Assembly: GCA_965603825.1 (NCBI GenBank)
Contig: CBFDEM010000056.1
Span: 620,001 to 684,000, forward strand
DNA: 64,000 bases
Reading direction: 5' to 3'
From: Blepharisma stoltei ATCC 30299
Lineage: Eukaryota; Protista; Ciliophora
Part shown: in pieces, positions 12,582-23,721 of the stretch
How the letters are laid out: each line of letters starts with the position of its first letter
Numbering within the stretch: the first letter of the stretch is position 1
Notes under the pieces: model-generated
Database searches by the model: none
What the model saw: only the letters and a program-made list of their open reading frames with translations
Told to the model about the DNA's origin: nothing
Program-made: the position numbers and the translations under genes

Positions 12582-12851
12582 CTAACCAAACATTATACTG
12601 CTCTGTCCTCCTGGTGGAGGTCTAGCTTTGGGCTGTGGTGCTGCTCTGTTGAGCTCTTCCAGTCTCTTCTTTTCTTCTTCTTCCTTTTTCTTCTTTTCTT
12701 CCTCTTCTTTTTTCTTTCGTTCTTCTTCTGTCAATTGAGGAGTCTTTTCTTCTTCTCCCCAGCCTAGTGAAAACGTTGAGTTTCCTCCAGGCATTTGCCG
12801 AACTCTTACTGACGTAAAGTCAGTGTTGTACTTTTGTTCAGCTCCACTCAT
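12582..12851 (-). CDS. SPIRAL1/HN1-Jupiter-like small microtubule-associated protein
   Basis: Two PGG-x-S motifs (RVRQMPGGNSTFSLG and PPPGGQSSIMFG) around an E/K-rich helix. Confidence 0.7.
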   Translation of the reverse strand: MSGAEQKYNTDFTSVRVRQMPGGNSTFSLGWGEEEKTPQLTEEERKKKEEEEKKKKEEEEKKRLEELNRAAPQPKARPPPGGQSSIMFG

Positions 12852-13153
12852 ATTATTATAGACAATGGTATTTGAGATATGGTATAAATAAGTAGCGAAA
12901 TAAATATCAAAGAGATTAAAAGTGTATGAAGAAATATTAAAAGGCGTAAAACTTAACTAATAGCAAAAATAATTGGATATAAGACATTTCATATTATTTG
13001 GCAAATTCTATTTACTAATAATTTAGTTTTATTTGTATAAATTTATATTTAATTAGCAGCTTTTATAGTTTGAGAATTTTTCTTTATTAAATTTTATCGA
13101 TTTTATAAATACTTACTAAGCTGATTATTACAAATTTTAAAATAATTTCTTAT

Positions 13154-14221
13154 ATGGAAAATCTTTCTCATTCAATCTTATCAGACGAGCCTTCTAAATC
13201 GATTTTATCTCACAGTTCTTCACAATCGGTATTTTCGTGCCCATCATCATCACAATTTTCATTTTCCTCAATATCTACCCAGTCATCTAGCCAACTGAAT
13301 CCCACCAATTTAATACAAAAATCAGGTTGGCTCCAAAAGAAATCAACAAAGCTTTTCAGACGTTGGCATTGACGATTCTTTTTGCTAAAAGATAAGAAAT
13401 TAGTTTATTTTCGGAAAAAAACTGATAAAAAGCCATCAGCTACTATAAATTTTGATCAAGTAACAGTAAATGTACACTTTATTAGCTGAAAATCGAAATC
13501 AGAATTTTTGATTCTCCCTCTCGGATCTAAATCAGGCTTCAAGTTGAAGACTATGCCTCAAGACGAGCTCTTTTCTTGGGCATCTGCAATAATTCAACAC
13601 ATAGAAGTCTCAGATGGGAATAAATTTTTGCTAACAACAAAAGACCATTCATGAAGGAGTATCCGGGTTTCAGAGAAACAATTTTTAGAGAATGTCTCCT
13701 CTGGTGACGTTTTATTGTTCCAAAGCAAATGTGTTCCAGCTACATTGCAAAGAACTTTGATTAGAAGCAACTATGATCATGTTGCTATGCTGCTAAACAT
13801 TGAAGGAACGATTATGTTTTTAGAAGCTACGAGATTGCAAGGAGTAAGTATTTTAGAATGAGAAAGTTTTAAAGAAAGAAATTGGCATTTACTTTATAAT
13901 AAATTAGTTTACCGGAAAATCGAGCCAGAATTAAATCTGCAAGAAATCGAAGCTTTGGAGAATTTCATTGCTGAAGTGCAAGGCAAGAAATTTAGATTCA
14001 CATTTACGAAAAGGAAAAAGTTCTCTAAAGGAAGAGTCCACGTACAAGAGAAATATTTTTGCAGCGAACTAGTCGCTTCAGCTTACCAAATGATTGGAAT
14101 ATTGCCATGTGATGTTCTTCCTTCATATTTTTGGCCCAAACACTTTTCAAGTGATAAAGTTTTACCTTTGGTGCGTCATTCTTTGTCACAAGAAATGATG
14201 ATTGATTTTGAAATTCAATAA
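13154..14221 (+). CDS. PH domain fused to a permuted papain-like NlpC/P60 (YiiX/YebB-type) domain, 355 aa
   Basis: KSGWLQKK..RRWHWRFFLL..LVYF..SWASAI (PH); GDVLLF..YDHVAM..FLEA..GV..YFCSELVASAY; 4 TGA=W. Confidence 0.85.
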
Positions 14222-14350
14222 AATATTATACCTTCTTATGAGTTAAGGGCATTAATTTCAAGTAATTTTAATTTTTCGTATAAATCGGTATATGGACTTA
14301 AAAATCTTCCGTGAAAAATGCTTTTGAACTTAATGAAAATAAATTTTTCT

Positions 14351-15469
14351 ATGTCATTTAGTAATCGTCCATTTGAAATTAAAGGTGATTTGCTAAATAA
14401 AAGGACAAAAATTTTCGAACTACTGTCAGTGCCAAGTGAGCTCAGACAAGAATCACAAACCTATGAAATTTCTGAAATTTTGAAAGAAAATCCTGTTTTG
14501 TTTAGATATAAAGGAACAGGTCAGTTAGAAGAATTAGCAAAACATTTTGAGGTTGAAAAATTTGAGCCTGGTGATTTTATTGACATGCAAAGATATGCAT
14601 TTTTTATTGTGTATACTGGGAGAGCAGCCTTATACGAGGATCAAGCGAAAATAAAAGAATTTGTTCAGGATTATTATTTTGGATATTGAGATATAGAAAA
14701 TAATGCAGAAGTTAGGTCTATCGATTATTCTGAGATTATAGTTATCAAGAAAAGCTTCTGAGATGAAATTATAATTGTGAGGGAGCCTGAATATTACCAA
14801 GAAAAATTCGAATTTATTAAAACTGTAGAACTTTTTGAAGAGACTCCAGAACCAATTCTAAGTCAGCTTGCGCAGTCTGGATATCTAAAGAAATTTCTCC
14901 CAAACTCCATAGTAATTAAACAAGGAGAATTATCTAAAGGAATTTATATTATAAAGACAGGAGGCATAAAACTGTTAAGAAAAACAAAAGCTTCAGATGA
15001 GTCTGAAAATACACGAATTGTAACTCTTGATGAGCTTGCTAAAGGTGATACTTTTTCAGAAGCCTCTTTATTTAGCAACGAGCCATCTTATTATACAGCT
15101 CTATGCATTCTTCCTTTGACAGCTTATTTTATAGATAAAGAAGATTTCAAAGAAATAGATAAATTCTATTTATATGACTTACAAAAGAAAATCAAAAATT
15201 ACCCGAATGACGAAGAACTTCAAAGGGATTATACGGAGAAGAAAAAATGAAACTTGTATCAGAAGAAACTGATCTTTGGGCTAAAAAAAGAAAAATTGCA
15301 AGAAAAGTAAGAGATAAGTAGAGGCTTTAGCACTAATTTGCGTGGTAATGGGAAAAAGAAAAAGAAAGTAAAAAAAGACGAAATAAATAATTTACCGCCT
15401 TTGATATCCCCGAGAAGATCCTTGCAGTTAAACTTACAAAAATATCGGCATCACTCAAGTTTTGCATAA
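14351..15469 (+). CDS. Protein with two cyclic-nucleotide-binding domains, ~367 aa (exons 14351-15306 and 15322-15469)
   Basis: VIKQGELSKGIYIIKTGGI..GDTFSEASL; 3 TGA=W; a 15-nt intron extends the frame to TAA 15467; start could instead be 14318 or 14333. Confidence 0.8.
15307..15321 (+). other. 15-nt intron GTAAGAGATAAGTAG
   Basis: GTA..TAG with A at position 10; contains an in-frame TAA; the downstream frame stays open for 49 codons. Confidence 0.75.
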
Positions 15470-15493
15470 TTTTATTACAGCGATTTATTGTAA

Positions 15494-15820
15494 TTACATA
15501 CTAAAATTAAGCTTCTGTGAAGATTCTTGAACATGTTCAAGCTCTGATAATCTTATTAATGATGGCCGTGGGAGCATTATTGGCTGAATTATCATTTCGC
15601 TATAGTTTGATGACTCTGGAGCTTCTATTTTTTCATTAAGCATATCAATAATATAGTCAGCTAATTCTTCCCGCTCCAATTTAATTGGACTGAGCTTGGC
15701 TAGTTCAGCTTCACTAAGAAGATGTAATATTGATTCTCTCAAAATTATTTCAAACCTTTGGTATCTGTCGCAATTTTTTCAATTCTCAGGCAAATAAGAA
15801 CTCAAGCTTTCATATTTCAT
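15494..15820 (-). CDS. Hypothetical protein, 108 aa
   Basis: AAAAATG at 15820; one TGA=W extends ORF 15494-15742. Confidence 0.5.
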
Positions 15821-16047
15821 TTTTTTGTAAATTTAAGAAGATGCTTTTCATTAATGTCTTTTTGAATAAGCTTTTTCGGCAAAACCTAATAAATCTTATT
15901 ATAAATGTGCAATTGGATATGAGAGAGCTGAACTAGGTGAAGAGTTTAAAAATACGATTATTATTGGTCGCACTTATTATACTTTTTTCGACAGTTTGTG
16001 GCATTTGTGACTGCAATTTAATAAAAGTTATTTATTATTTGCTGGAA

Positions 16048-16971
16048 CTATTTTTTAATTATATTGCTATTTATGGTTTCATTCATAACAGCATAAGGTG
16101 CTATATCCTTGGTAAGGTTTGTATATAAACCAAGAAGTGTATGTTTCCAATGGCCATATGTGTAATTTACACTACCTAGAGCTCTACATATAGGTTCAAT
16201 GGATTCGTTGACACTTGTTAAGAGTGGTCTGAATGATAAAGATTTGGTCATAGGAGTGTCTACAAAACCAGGCCTTACACTCAGCACATCTATTTTCGAA
16301 CCTTTTCCTTTCATTAAGTATTTGGCTTCTTCAGCAACAATTAAAGAAAATAAATTGTCAAAACTCTTGTCAGCTGAATAGATCCCTGAGCCAGGCATAG
16401 GAAACGTGCTTGCTATAGAACTTAAATTAATAATAGCACTACTACTCTTACGTAAAATCATATCTGGCAAATAAAGTCTTGTAAGAAATGCAACTGGCCA
16501 AATATTCATTGCGTTTGAATGCAAGACCTCTTCTTCAGTCATGACAGCAAAATATTTTCCTCCAGAGCCGAAACCTATATTATTGACAAGAATGCTGATA
16601 TCTAAGCCTCGAGTTTGTGCTTTGATATCATTAAAGAATTCTTGAGGGTTTTTAGCTGAGTCAAAGAAGTCCTTTACAATAAATTTGGTAGTAATTGGAA
16701 ATTTTTCTTGGAGAAGTTTAGAAACTGACTGGAGCTTCACTGGATTTCGCCCAACTAAAACTATATTGAAACCTTGTGAAGCTAAAAATTCTGCAAAGCC
16801 TAAACCCAAGCCATCTGTAGGTGCTGTAATTAAAGCCCAGCTATTAAGACCATATGATGAATAGTTTACTTTTGATTTGAGACTTTTTATAACTGTAAAA
16901 AGCTCAAGGGTGATTTTTAAGACAGTCCAAACCCCTGCTATAAAGCAAAGTAATTCTATTCAATCAAGCAT
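16048..16971 (-). CDS. SDR, 3-ketoacyl-CoA reductase/17beta-HSD12-like, tandem copy A
   Basis: N-terminal TM anchor, WALITAPTDGLG, DISILVNNIG, YSADK, PGFVDT, GHWKH. Confidence 0.9.
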
Positions 16972-17030
16972 GACGAATTATTTTATTATTTTTTAAATAA
17001 AGACTCAAAATTATTTTATTACTTAATAAT

Positions 17031-17960
17031 TTAATATTTTTTTCTAGAGAGCGTTGGCCATTTCAGTTCTGTGTTTCCCATTACTATCGATAAAAATGTT
17101 TCATTTACTCTTGCAGCCAAATAAAGAAATTGATGCTTCCAATGCCCGCTAGTGTAATCTACCCTCCCTATTGAACTTCAAGCATAAGATATGCATTCAT
17201 TGACACTTACAAGTAATGGCTTTCTTGTAAATTTTTGAGTTAATGGCGTATCTACAAATCCAGGTCTCAAACTAAGGACATCGATATTGGTGCTATTATT
17301 TGCTAAATATTTTGCTTCTTGAGTAGTGATCAAAGAAAATAAGTCACCAAAGCTTTTACTTGCAGCATATAAGGATGATTTTACCAAGGGGCTTTGACTT
17401 GTTATAGAGCTTACATTAATAATCGCACTTTTTTGCTTTCTCGAAATCATATCAGGCAAATACAGTTTAGTAAGAAATGTAATAGATCATATATTTATGG
17501 CATTAGTACTTAAATTGTCATCTTCTTTGAGAGATGCAAAAATATCAAATGCATGGCCATAGCCCACATTATTGATTAAAATACTAATATCCAAATCTCT
17601 TGTTTGTTCTTTTATGTCAGTAAAAAACTCTATCGGATTTTCTGTGCACAAAGAGAAATCTTTTATAATGCATTTTGTTTTTATAGGGAACTTTTCTTCC
17701 AAATATCTAGCTGCATTATGCGTTTTATTAGGATTCCTTCCAATTAATATTATATTAAACCCTTGGCAGGCTAAATATTCAGTAAATCCAAATCCAATAC
17801 CATCCGAAGCTCCAGTTACTAAAACCCAGCTATTGCTACCATAAGATAAAAAGCTTGGCCTTGAAAGTAAGCTCTTGCATGCATAGTAAACTTCAAGGCC
17901 TATTTTAATAGCAGTCCAGAGACCAACAATAAAATAATACCACTCTAATACCTCAAGCAT
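17031..17960 (-). CDS. SDR, 3-ketoacyl-CoA reductase/17beta-HSD12-like, tandem copy B
   Basis: WVLVTGASDGIG, ILINNVG, YAASK, GHWKH; 2 TGA=W. Confidence 0.9.
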
Positions 17961-18231
17961 TCAATTTAGCTTTTAATTGTGGATTATAAATTAAATGGAT
18001 TCAATTTATTTAAAAAACTATTCAAATTTATTTTTTATTATTATAAGAATTTCTTGCAAAATAAAAACATATAAAAAAATTTTAAATTCAATAATTTATG
18101 AACTTAGAAACCTTGAATTATTAATAATATCGTTTAAAACAATATTTTTCTACTTAAATCTTATCCAAACGAAATCTTTATTAGGTACCACAGCCCAGAT
18201 AGAAGCCTTGATAATCTAGTTACTTCTAAGA

Positions 18232-20976
18232 ATGAATAATTTTTTCCCTTCACAATTCGCCTATATAAATTCAATGAGCCATTTAATGTATAACTCCAAG
18301 ACTTTTGAATCAAAATTAACAAGTCTGAAATCCTCACGACCAAGAAGTGCATATTTCTCATCATCTCATTCTTCAATATGCAATCATGATACTTACCTTG
18401 AAACATTGAAATCTAAGCCGATTCTTCGTTTTCCGTCATCCTCACAAGTTATTGATTTTCAATCAGATGATATTTTCAATTTTGTGGAAGCCAAAAGTCT
18501 TCACCCAAAAGAAATTGAATCTTCCTTAGTGCCTAAAGGAGAATTTCCTAGTGCTAATTCTTATTTTCATCAAGCCTACAAATTACGATCTAAAGGAGAT
18601 TTCGATAATGCTTTAACTTATTACAGACAAGCACTAAATATCGACCCAAAGCACTTGCCTAGCAGAGTAAATATAGGAATTTGTATGATGAAATTGCATA
18701 TGATAGAAGCTGCTATAGAAAATTTCAAAACTGTCGAAGAGCAATATAAGCATGAAGGAATTCCTTATTTTAATCAGGCGATTTGTCATATGTATTTACA
18801 AGAATTTGACGAAGCTATAAAAGTTTTGAACATTCCGATTAGATTCTTAAGTGAAGAAGAAAATAAAGATTACATTAGTTTGAAAGCTTTGGCGTTATTT
18901 AGATCTGGAAGAGTTAACGAAGCTTTAGAATTAGTAAAAAGCAAAGCAGCAGTAGGAAATAATGATAAAGAAGACTATGATATGACGAAATCTGCATATA
19001 ATTCTTTGTTTCCTTATAAAATCAGTAATGCTTATAATGTTAGAAGGCCAAGAACTAATAATGGAGTCAGAAAATTGCTAAGTGAGCTCAAGCCAAACGC
19101 GGGGATAAAAATAAAAGCATCCAAACAAAGCAAGATGGCTTCAGCGCGTACTGCATCTTCTTTGATCGGAAGCACAAGAATTAGTTCAGCTGTAAATACC
19201 CAAAGACCTAAAAAAACACCAAGATTGGCATCAGCATATCCAAAACTGATGAGAACTGCACCTAGAAAAAGTTTTTTAACAGGCGGGCCAGAAACTACAA
19301 ACGATACCAAAGAAATAATTATTTCTCCTAAATCTGTGGTATCAGTTAATAACACAATTACTGAAGATCTCCCTACATATGAAGAAATTGTGGCTAAAAA
19401 GCGTATGTTTGATGACATGATTGCTGAAAGCGAAGCTATTTTGAGCTCAATTGTACCAGTTTACCCTAAAAAAAATGTAATTGAAAATCAAGAAATTGGT
19501 TTTTTTCAAGAAGAAATGGGAGAAAAAGTTGATTATAAACAAGAAATTCTGAATGATGAAGAGAAAAAAGAAAAAATTGAAAAAATTAAAAAGGAATTTC
19601 AGAGAGATTTAGAAGACACCAAGTCTGTCTTTATAGAAAAATCTAATTTAATAGAAGAAATAGTTACTGCTAAAATCAGTATACAGAATTTACGATATAT
19701 TGAAGAGCAATTTGCTAAAGAGCCAGAAGAAAGGAATTACAGCGAATTAAGCAAAATTTTAGCAAAATTGCCTTTTTTTGCTAAATTTCCTGGAGGTGTT
19801 AGAGTGCAATTATTAAAAAAAAGTTTATTTAAAATATATAATCCAGCCGCTACCATTATAAGTCAAGGAGAACTTGGAGATTATATGTTTGTTATTGTAA
19901 ACGGAGCTGTAGAAATTAAAAAAAAATCTCCTGATTTTGGAAGCTTGGAAATTACTATAAACTCTATGTATGATGGTGAAACATTTGGCGAGTTAGCTTT
20001 GCTAGCTGATCCTACTGGGATGACGGTTAAAAGAACCGCTTCTTGTATAGCAAACGAAAGAACTATGCTAATTGCGCTATCAAAAGATGACTACAAGCAT
20101 ATTTTATTAGAGCAAATGCAAAACGATATTATCGGAAAAGTCGATTTTTTCAAAACCCTACCATTTTTTACAGGATCTGAAGGCTTGAGCTTGATTCCTC
20201 TTGCTTCAAATATCGAACCTATTATTTACAAAATAAACGAGCCTATAATCCAAGCTGGTGAAATACCAAAAGGTCTCTATATAATTTATAAAGGAAGATG
20301 CATGGTATATTGAGAAGGATATTCTTTAAAGCCAAAAGAAAAATCGTTAACCATAAACCCTAGGCTCAGAAATCCTATCCCTCGGCCATTCTTTACAGGA
20401 AATTATGTCCCTCCGACAGCAGATATAAAAGAAGATCCTGAGCAGCTTGAAGAAAAAATCAATGAAAAATTATTTTACCGCACAATTGATTTAACAAAGC
20501 CCGATGAGGTCGAAAAAGCTTCTAATTTTTTAGGAACGAGCAAAATAAGTGACCTTTCCAAGACAAATTCCATCTTTAAAGAAAGAATTGAGTTTTATAA
20601 CTTAAAAGAAGGGGACTATTTTGGAGCCAGAGGACTACTAGAAGGGCACACAGGTGAAAGCCAGAATGGAGCAATTATTGCTGAGCCAGCCAAATTTACA
20701 GTAGTTTCGGAATCACAAGAAGTTAAAGTCTTTATTTTGAGGAAAAAGCATTTAGGCCTTTTAACAGAAAAAACAATGGTAAATCTTATTTAGGAACAAT
20801 TAAAAATTGTCCTTGCAAATCATTATGAAATTGATTGCCCAAAACAATGGTCGAATGACTACTTACGCACTGCCTTTACAGAGTGGCAGTCTTATAAGCT
20901 AGCACTTATTCAAGATATTCACAAGGAAAGATTTATTGAAAAGAATAAAACTCGGCTATTTATATCAAAAAAATAA
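18232..20976 (+). CDS. TPR-repeat protein with two cyclic-nucleotide-binding domains, ~909 aa (intron 20779-20793)
   Basis: N-terminal TPRs; IISQGELGDYMFVIVNG..GETFGELAL..RTASC; second CNB domain with an insertion; TGA 20311=W. Confidence 0.85.
20779..20793 (+). other. 15-nt intron GTAAATCTTATTTAG
   Basis: Phase 0; A at position 10; its terminal TAG is an in-frame stop; the frame continues for 60 codons after it. Confidence 0.9.
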
Positions 20977-20990
20977 TAAAATTATAAAAT

Positions 20991-21542
20991 ATGAATAAAA
21001 AGAGCTTAGACTTAGGAAACAGAATGCCAAAAATAATAGGCACGAAATCATACTTGGTAAAGCAGCTTTTGTCACCTAGACAACAGCCTAAAGTGAAGTT
21101 CAATATTCCTAGCTTAAAAAATATTGGAGTTTCAAGCTACATACCTAAAAATATAATGAAGCAGGAAAGAAGTAATCTGCCTGCTGACGTTTTAAAGAGA
21201 ATTATAAGGGTTCAAGCCTTAGCAAGAAGATATTTGGTCAGGTGCAGATTTGTGAAATATGCGATCTATTATCATTCCGTACTGCTGATACAGTCGGTAT
21301 GGAGAGGATATAGGACTAGAAAACGGCTGAGACTTATGAAGAAAAAGCCATGCCCAGATTGCAAAAAGGTGCTAAATATGATTTTGCCAGAATTAAGATC
21401 AATTAGAATGGAAATTGATCATATCGCTGACCAGCAACAGGAGCTTTTAGCGCTGAACCAGAAATATGAAAAAGCTTTTAGATACTTGTTTGAGCAAGTT
21501 GCCAAGTTACAAAATACTTCCACAAATAACAAAATTATTTAA
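20991..21542 (+). CDS. IQ calmodulin-binding protein with a coiled coil
   Basis: VQALARRYLVR and IQSVWRGYRTRK. Confidence 0.85.
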   Translation: MNKKSLDLGNRMPKIIGTKSYLVKQLLSPRQQPKVKFNIPSLKNIGVSSYIPKNIMKQERSNLPADVLKRIIRVQALARRYLVRCRFVKYAIYYHSVLLIQSVWRGYRTRKRLRLMKKKPCPDCKKVLNMILPELRSIRMEIDHIADQQQELLALNQKYEKAFRYLFEQVAKLQNTSTNNKII

Positions 21543-21575
21543 ATTTTGGAACAATTATACTTTAAAATTATTAAA

Positions 21576-22109
21576 ATGGGAGGAAGTCTTCGAAAAAAAG
21601 GCACAGGAGTTCCAATCTGCCGAACAATCCGCATTGGTCTAGTTGGTGATCCCTTAAGTGGCAAGTCTTCAATCCTCACAAGATTCATATCAAATCGCTT
21701 CCGTTTTGAATATGAACCTACTACTAAAAACATAGTTGGCCTCAAATCTTACATTCTCGATGAAGTTGCAATTCCTGTGACAGTTGAAATATGAGAACTC
21801 CATTCTGATTTCAACCAGCCGATAGATGTAGCAATTATTGTAATAGATTCAAAGCTCCCTATAAATGAAATCCAGGACTATTATATGAGATGGTTTAAAG
21901 AAGCACAAAATTATTTCTGAAATGACATTCATGTAGCGTTGACGAAATCTGAATTGTCCGAAGATGAAGCTGACAAATTTGTTGATAGAGTCACAGATGC
22001 TTTAGTTCTTCCTGGGAATAGAAAACCGTTTTTAACTTCAGCTTCATCAAATATAGGGATTTTTCAAATGTTCAAAACAATAATTAGTCAAAAAATGCGA
22101 GGGTTATAA
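21576..22109 (+). CDS. Atypical Ras-superfamily small GTPase-like protein, 177 aa
   Basis: G1 GDPLSGKS, YEPT, degenerate G3 (EIWELHS) and G4 (TKSE), TSA; 2 TGA=W. Confidence 0.8.
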
Positions 22110-22131
22110 GTAAAATAAAATTTTCATAAGA

Positions 22132-22935
22132 ATGGATAACCGTAAAGAAAATTCCGATTCCGATGGAAATCGTCAAAGCAGCGATGCTTCATCAACAGAC
22201 AGATTGCTATTAGAAGGTTCACTAGCAAATAAAGAGCAAAAAAAGTATGTTCATTGGCAAGTCCGTATTGGAGACTCTCCTGAGCAAAAAGTTGTAATTG
22301 AGCTCGACTACGAAACTTGCCCCAGAACCTGCGAAAATTTCTGACAAATTGCAAACTCGTTTAAGGAGCTCAGCTATAGAGGAAGCATGTTCCACAGAGT
22401 TGTAGCAAACGGCTATGTAGAAGGTGGGTTTATTAACTCCTCTGATGGAAGCAAGATAAATTCATCAATATATGGAAGCTATTTTTCAGATGAAAATTAT
22501 TCTTATATACATGACAAGCCAGGTATTATAGGAATGAGTAATAGTGGGAAGCATAAGAATGGGAGCGTGTTTTATATAACTCTGAGACCAATGATGCATT
22601 TAAATGGGAGACTTGTAGCTTTTGGTAGGGTTGTTGAAGGGATTGATGTAATCAGAGATATTTCACAAGTGCAGTGCAAAAATCAAAGACCATTAGTGCC
22701 TTGTGTTATTGTTTCAAGTGGGAATTACTTGAATTCATTAGCGGGAGCGGAAAATAAACACAAATTACATAAAGATCACTTTCAAAGCAAACTGGAAGCT
22801 GCGGATTTAACTACATTAATGAGTAGGAGAGAAGCAATTGTGAAGGAAATAGAAAGCACAAGAGAAGAACTGGAAGAGCAAAGGAAATTTAGAGATGTTA
22901 TTTCAAACCTAATAGCTGATATGATGGCTTATTAA
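22132..22935 (+). CDS. Divergent cyclophilin (PPIL6-like) with a C-terminal coiled coil
   Basis: CPRTCENFW, YRGSMFHRVV, SIYG.YFSDENY, HDKPGIIGM, VAFGRVVEG. Confidence 0.85.
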
Positions 22936-22980
22936 TAATTATAAGACAATATAGATCCCTAATATATTTTGTATATTGTT

Positions 22981-23705
22981 GTAAATTCTTTAGATGCTGA
23001 TATTTTAGATGCAGGCCAGATCATTCTGTATACAATTGATTTTAATTTTGAACTAAGTAATTTGATAGATAAAAATAATCAATTTAACCTTATAGAAAAT
23101 ATTCCATGCTTTTGCTAATATTCTTTTTTATCACTTTAGAGGAGTCTAAATACACTTTTTATTATGTTGTCTTTAGATTCCTTATTTCGATACTCAATTA
23201 CCAAAAATAATAGCTTGCACATTGAGAAAGTTGCTCATCCAAATAAAGCTCCTCAAATATACCCTGAGCGTATTAAGCCAATTTGATGTACCATATAAGT
23301 TAATATCATAAAAACTCACGTTTTAAATATATAGATGATATCTTTACTGATTTAAAAATTAATTTGAATACTCAATATATTGGCGATGAAAAAATTTTTT
23401 TGATAAAAGAATCATTTATTTAATCTTTTTCTTGGAATTCTTAAAATTTCTGACACAAAAATAAAATATGCATTGCAAAATAATGAAATTGATATTAAAA
23501 TCGATTCATGTATAAGAGTTCTAGAGTCCAAGTATAAAACTTAAGCTATCAAATATAACAAAAATGCATTTAAATTATTGATTGTGATTACCAGCGTGTT
23601 ATTCATTTGCATTACACTACTTCATAAAGAAAAAAGAGCAATAATTCCATTACAGAAAGAACTTGCTTTAGGAAGAATTCTCCTTGAATAAATAAATCAT
23701 AAAAA
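22981..23705 (+). pseudogene. Degraded 3' fragment of the large single-pass membrane protein family
   Basis: LYTIDFNF..IDKNNQFNLIENIP, LFRYSITKNNSLHIEKVA, a TM segment and GRILLE*INHKK align with 27250-28059; multiple TAA/TAG. Confidence 0.7.
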
Positions 23706-23721
23706 ATGTTTTATAATTATT

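Noticed and set aside
13844-13856. Possible intron GTAAGTATTTTAG
   Set aside because: It is 13 nt, removal would shift the frame, and the unspliced GVSILEW fits the domain
21840-21854. Possible 15-nt intron GTAATAGATTCAAAG
   Set aside because: No A at position 10, ends in AAG, and encodes the GTPase beta-4 strand
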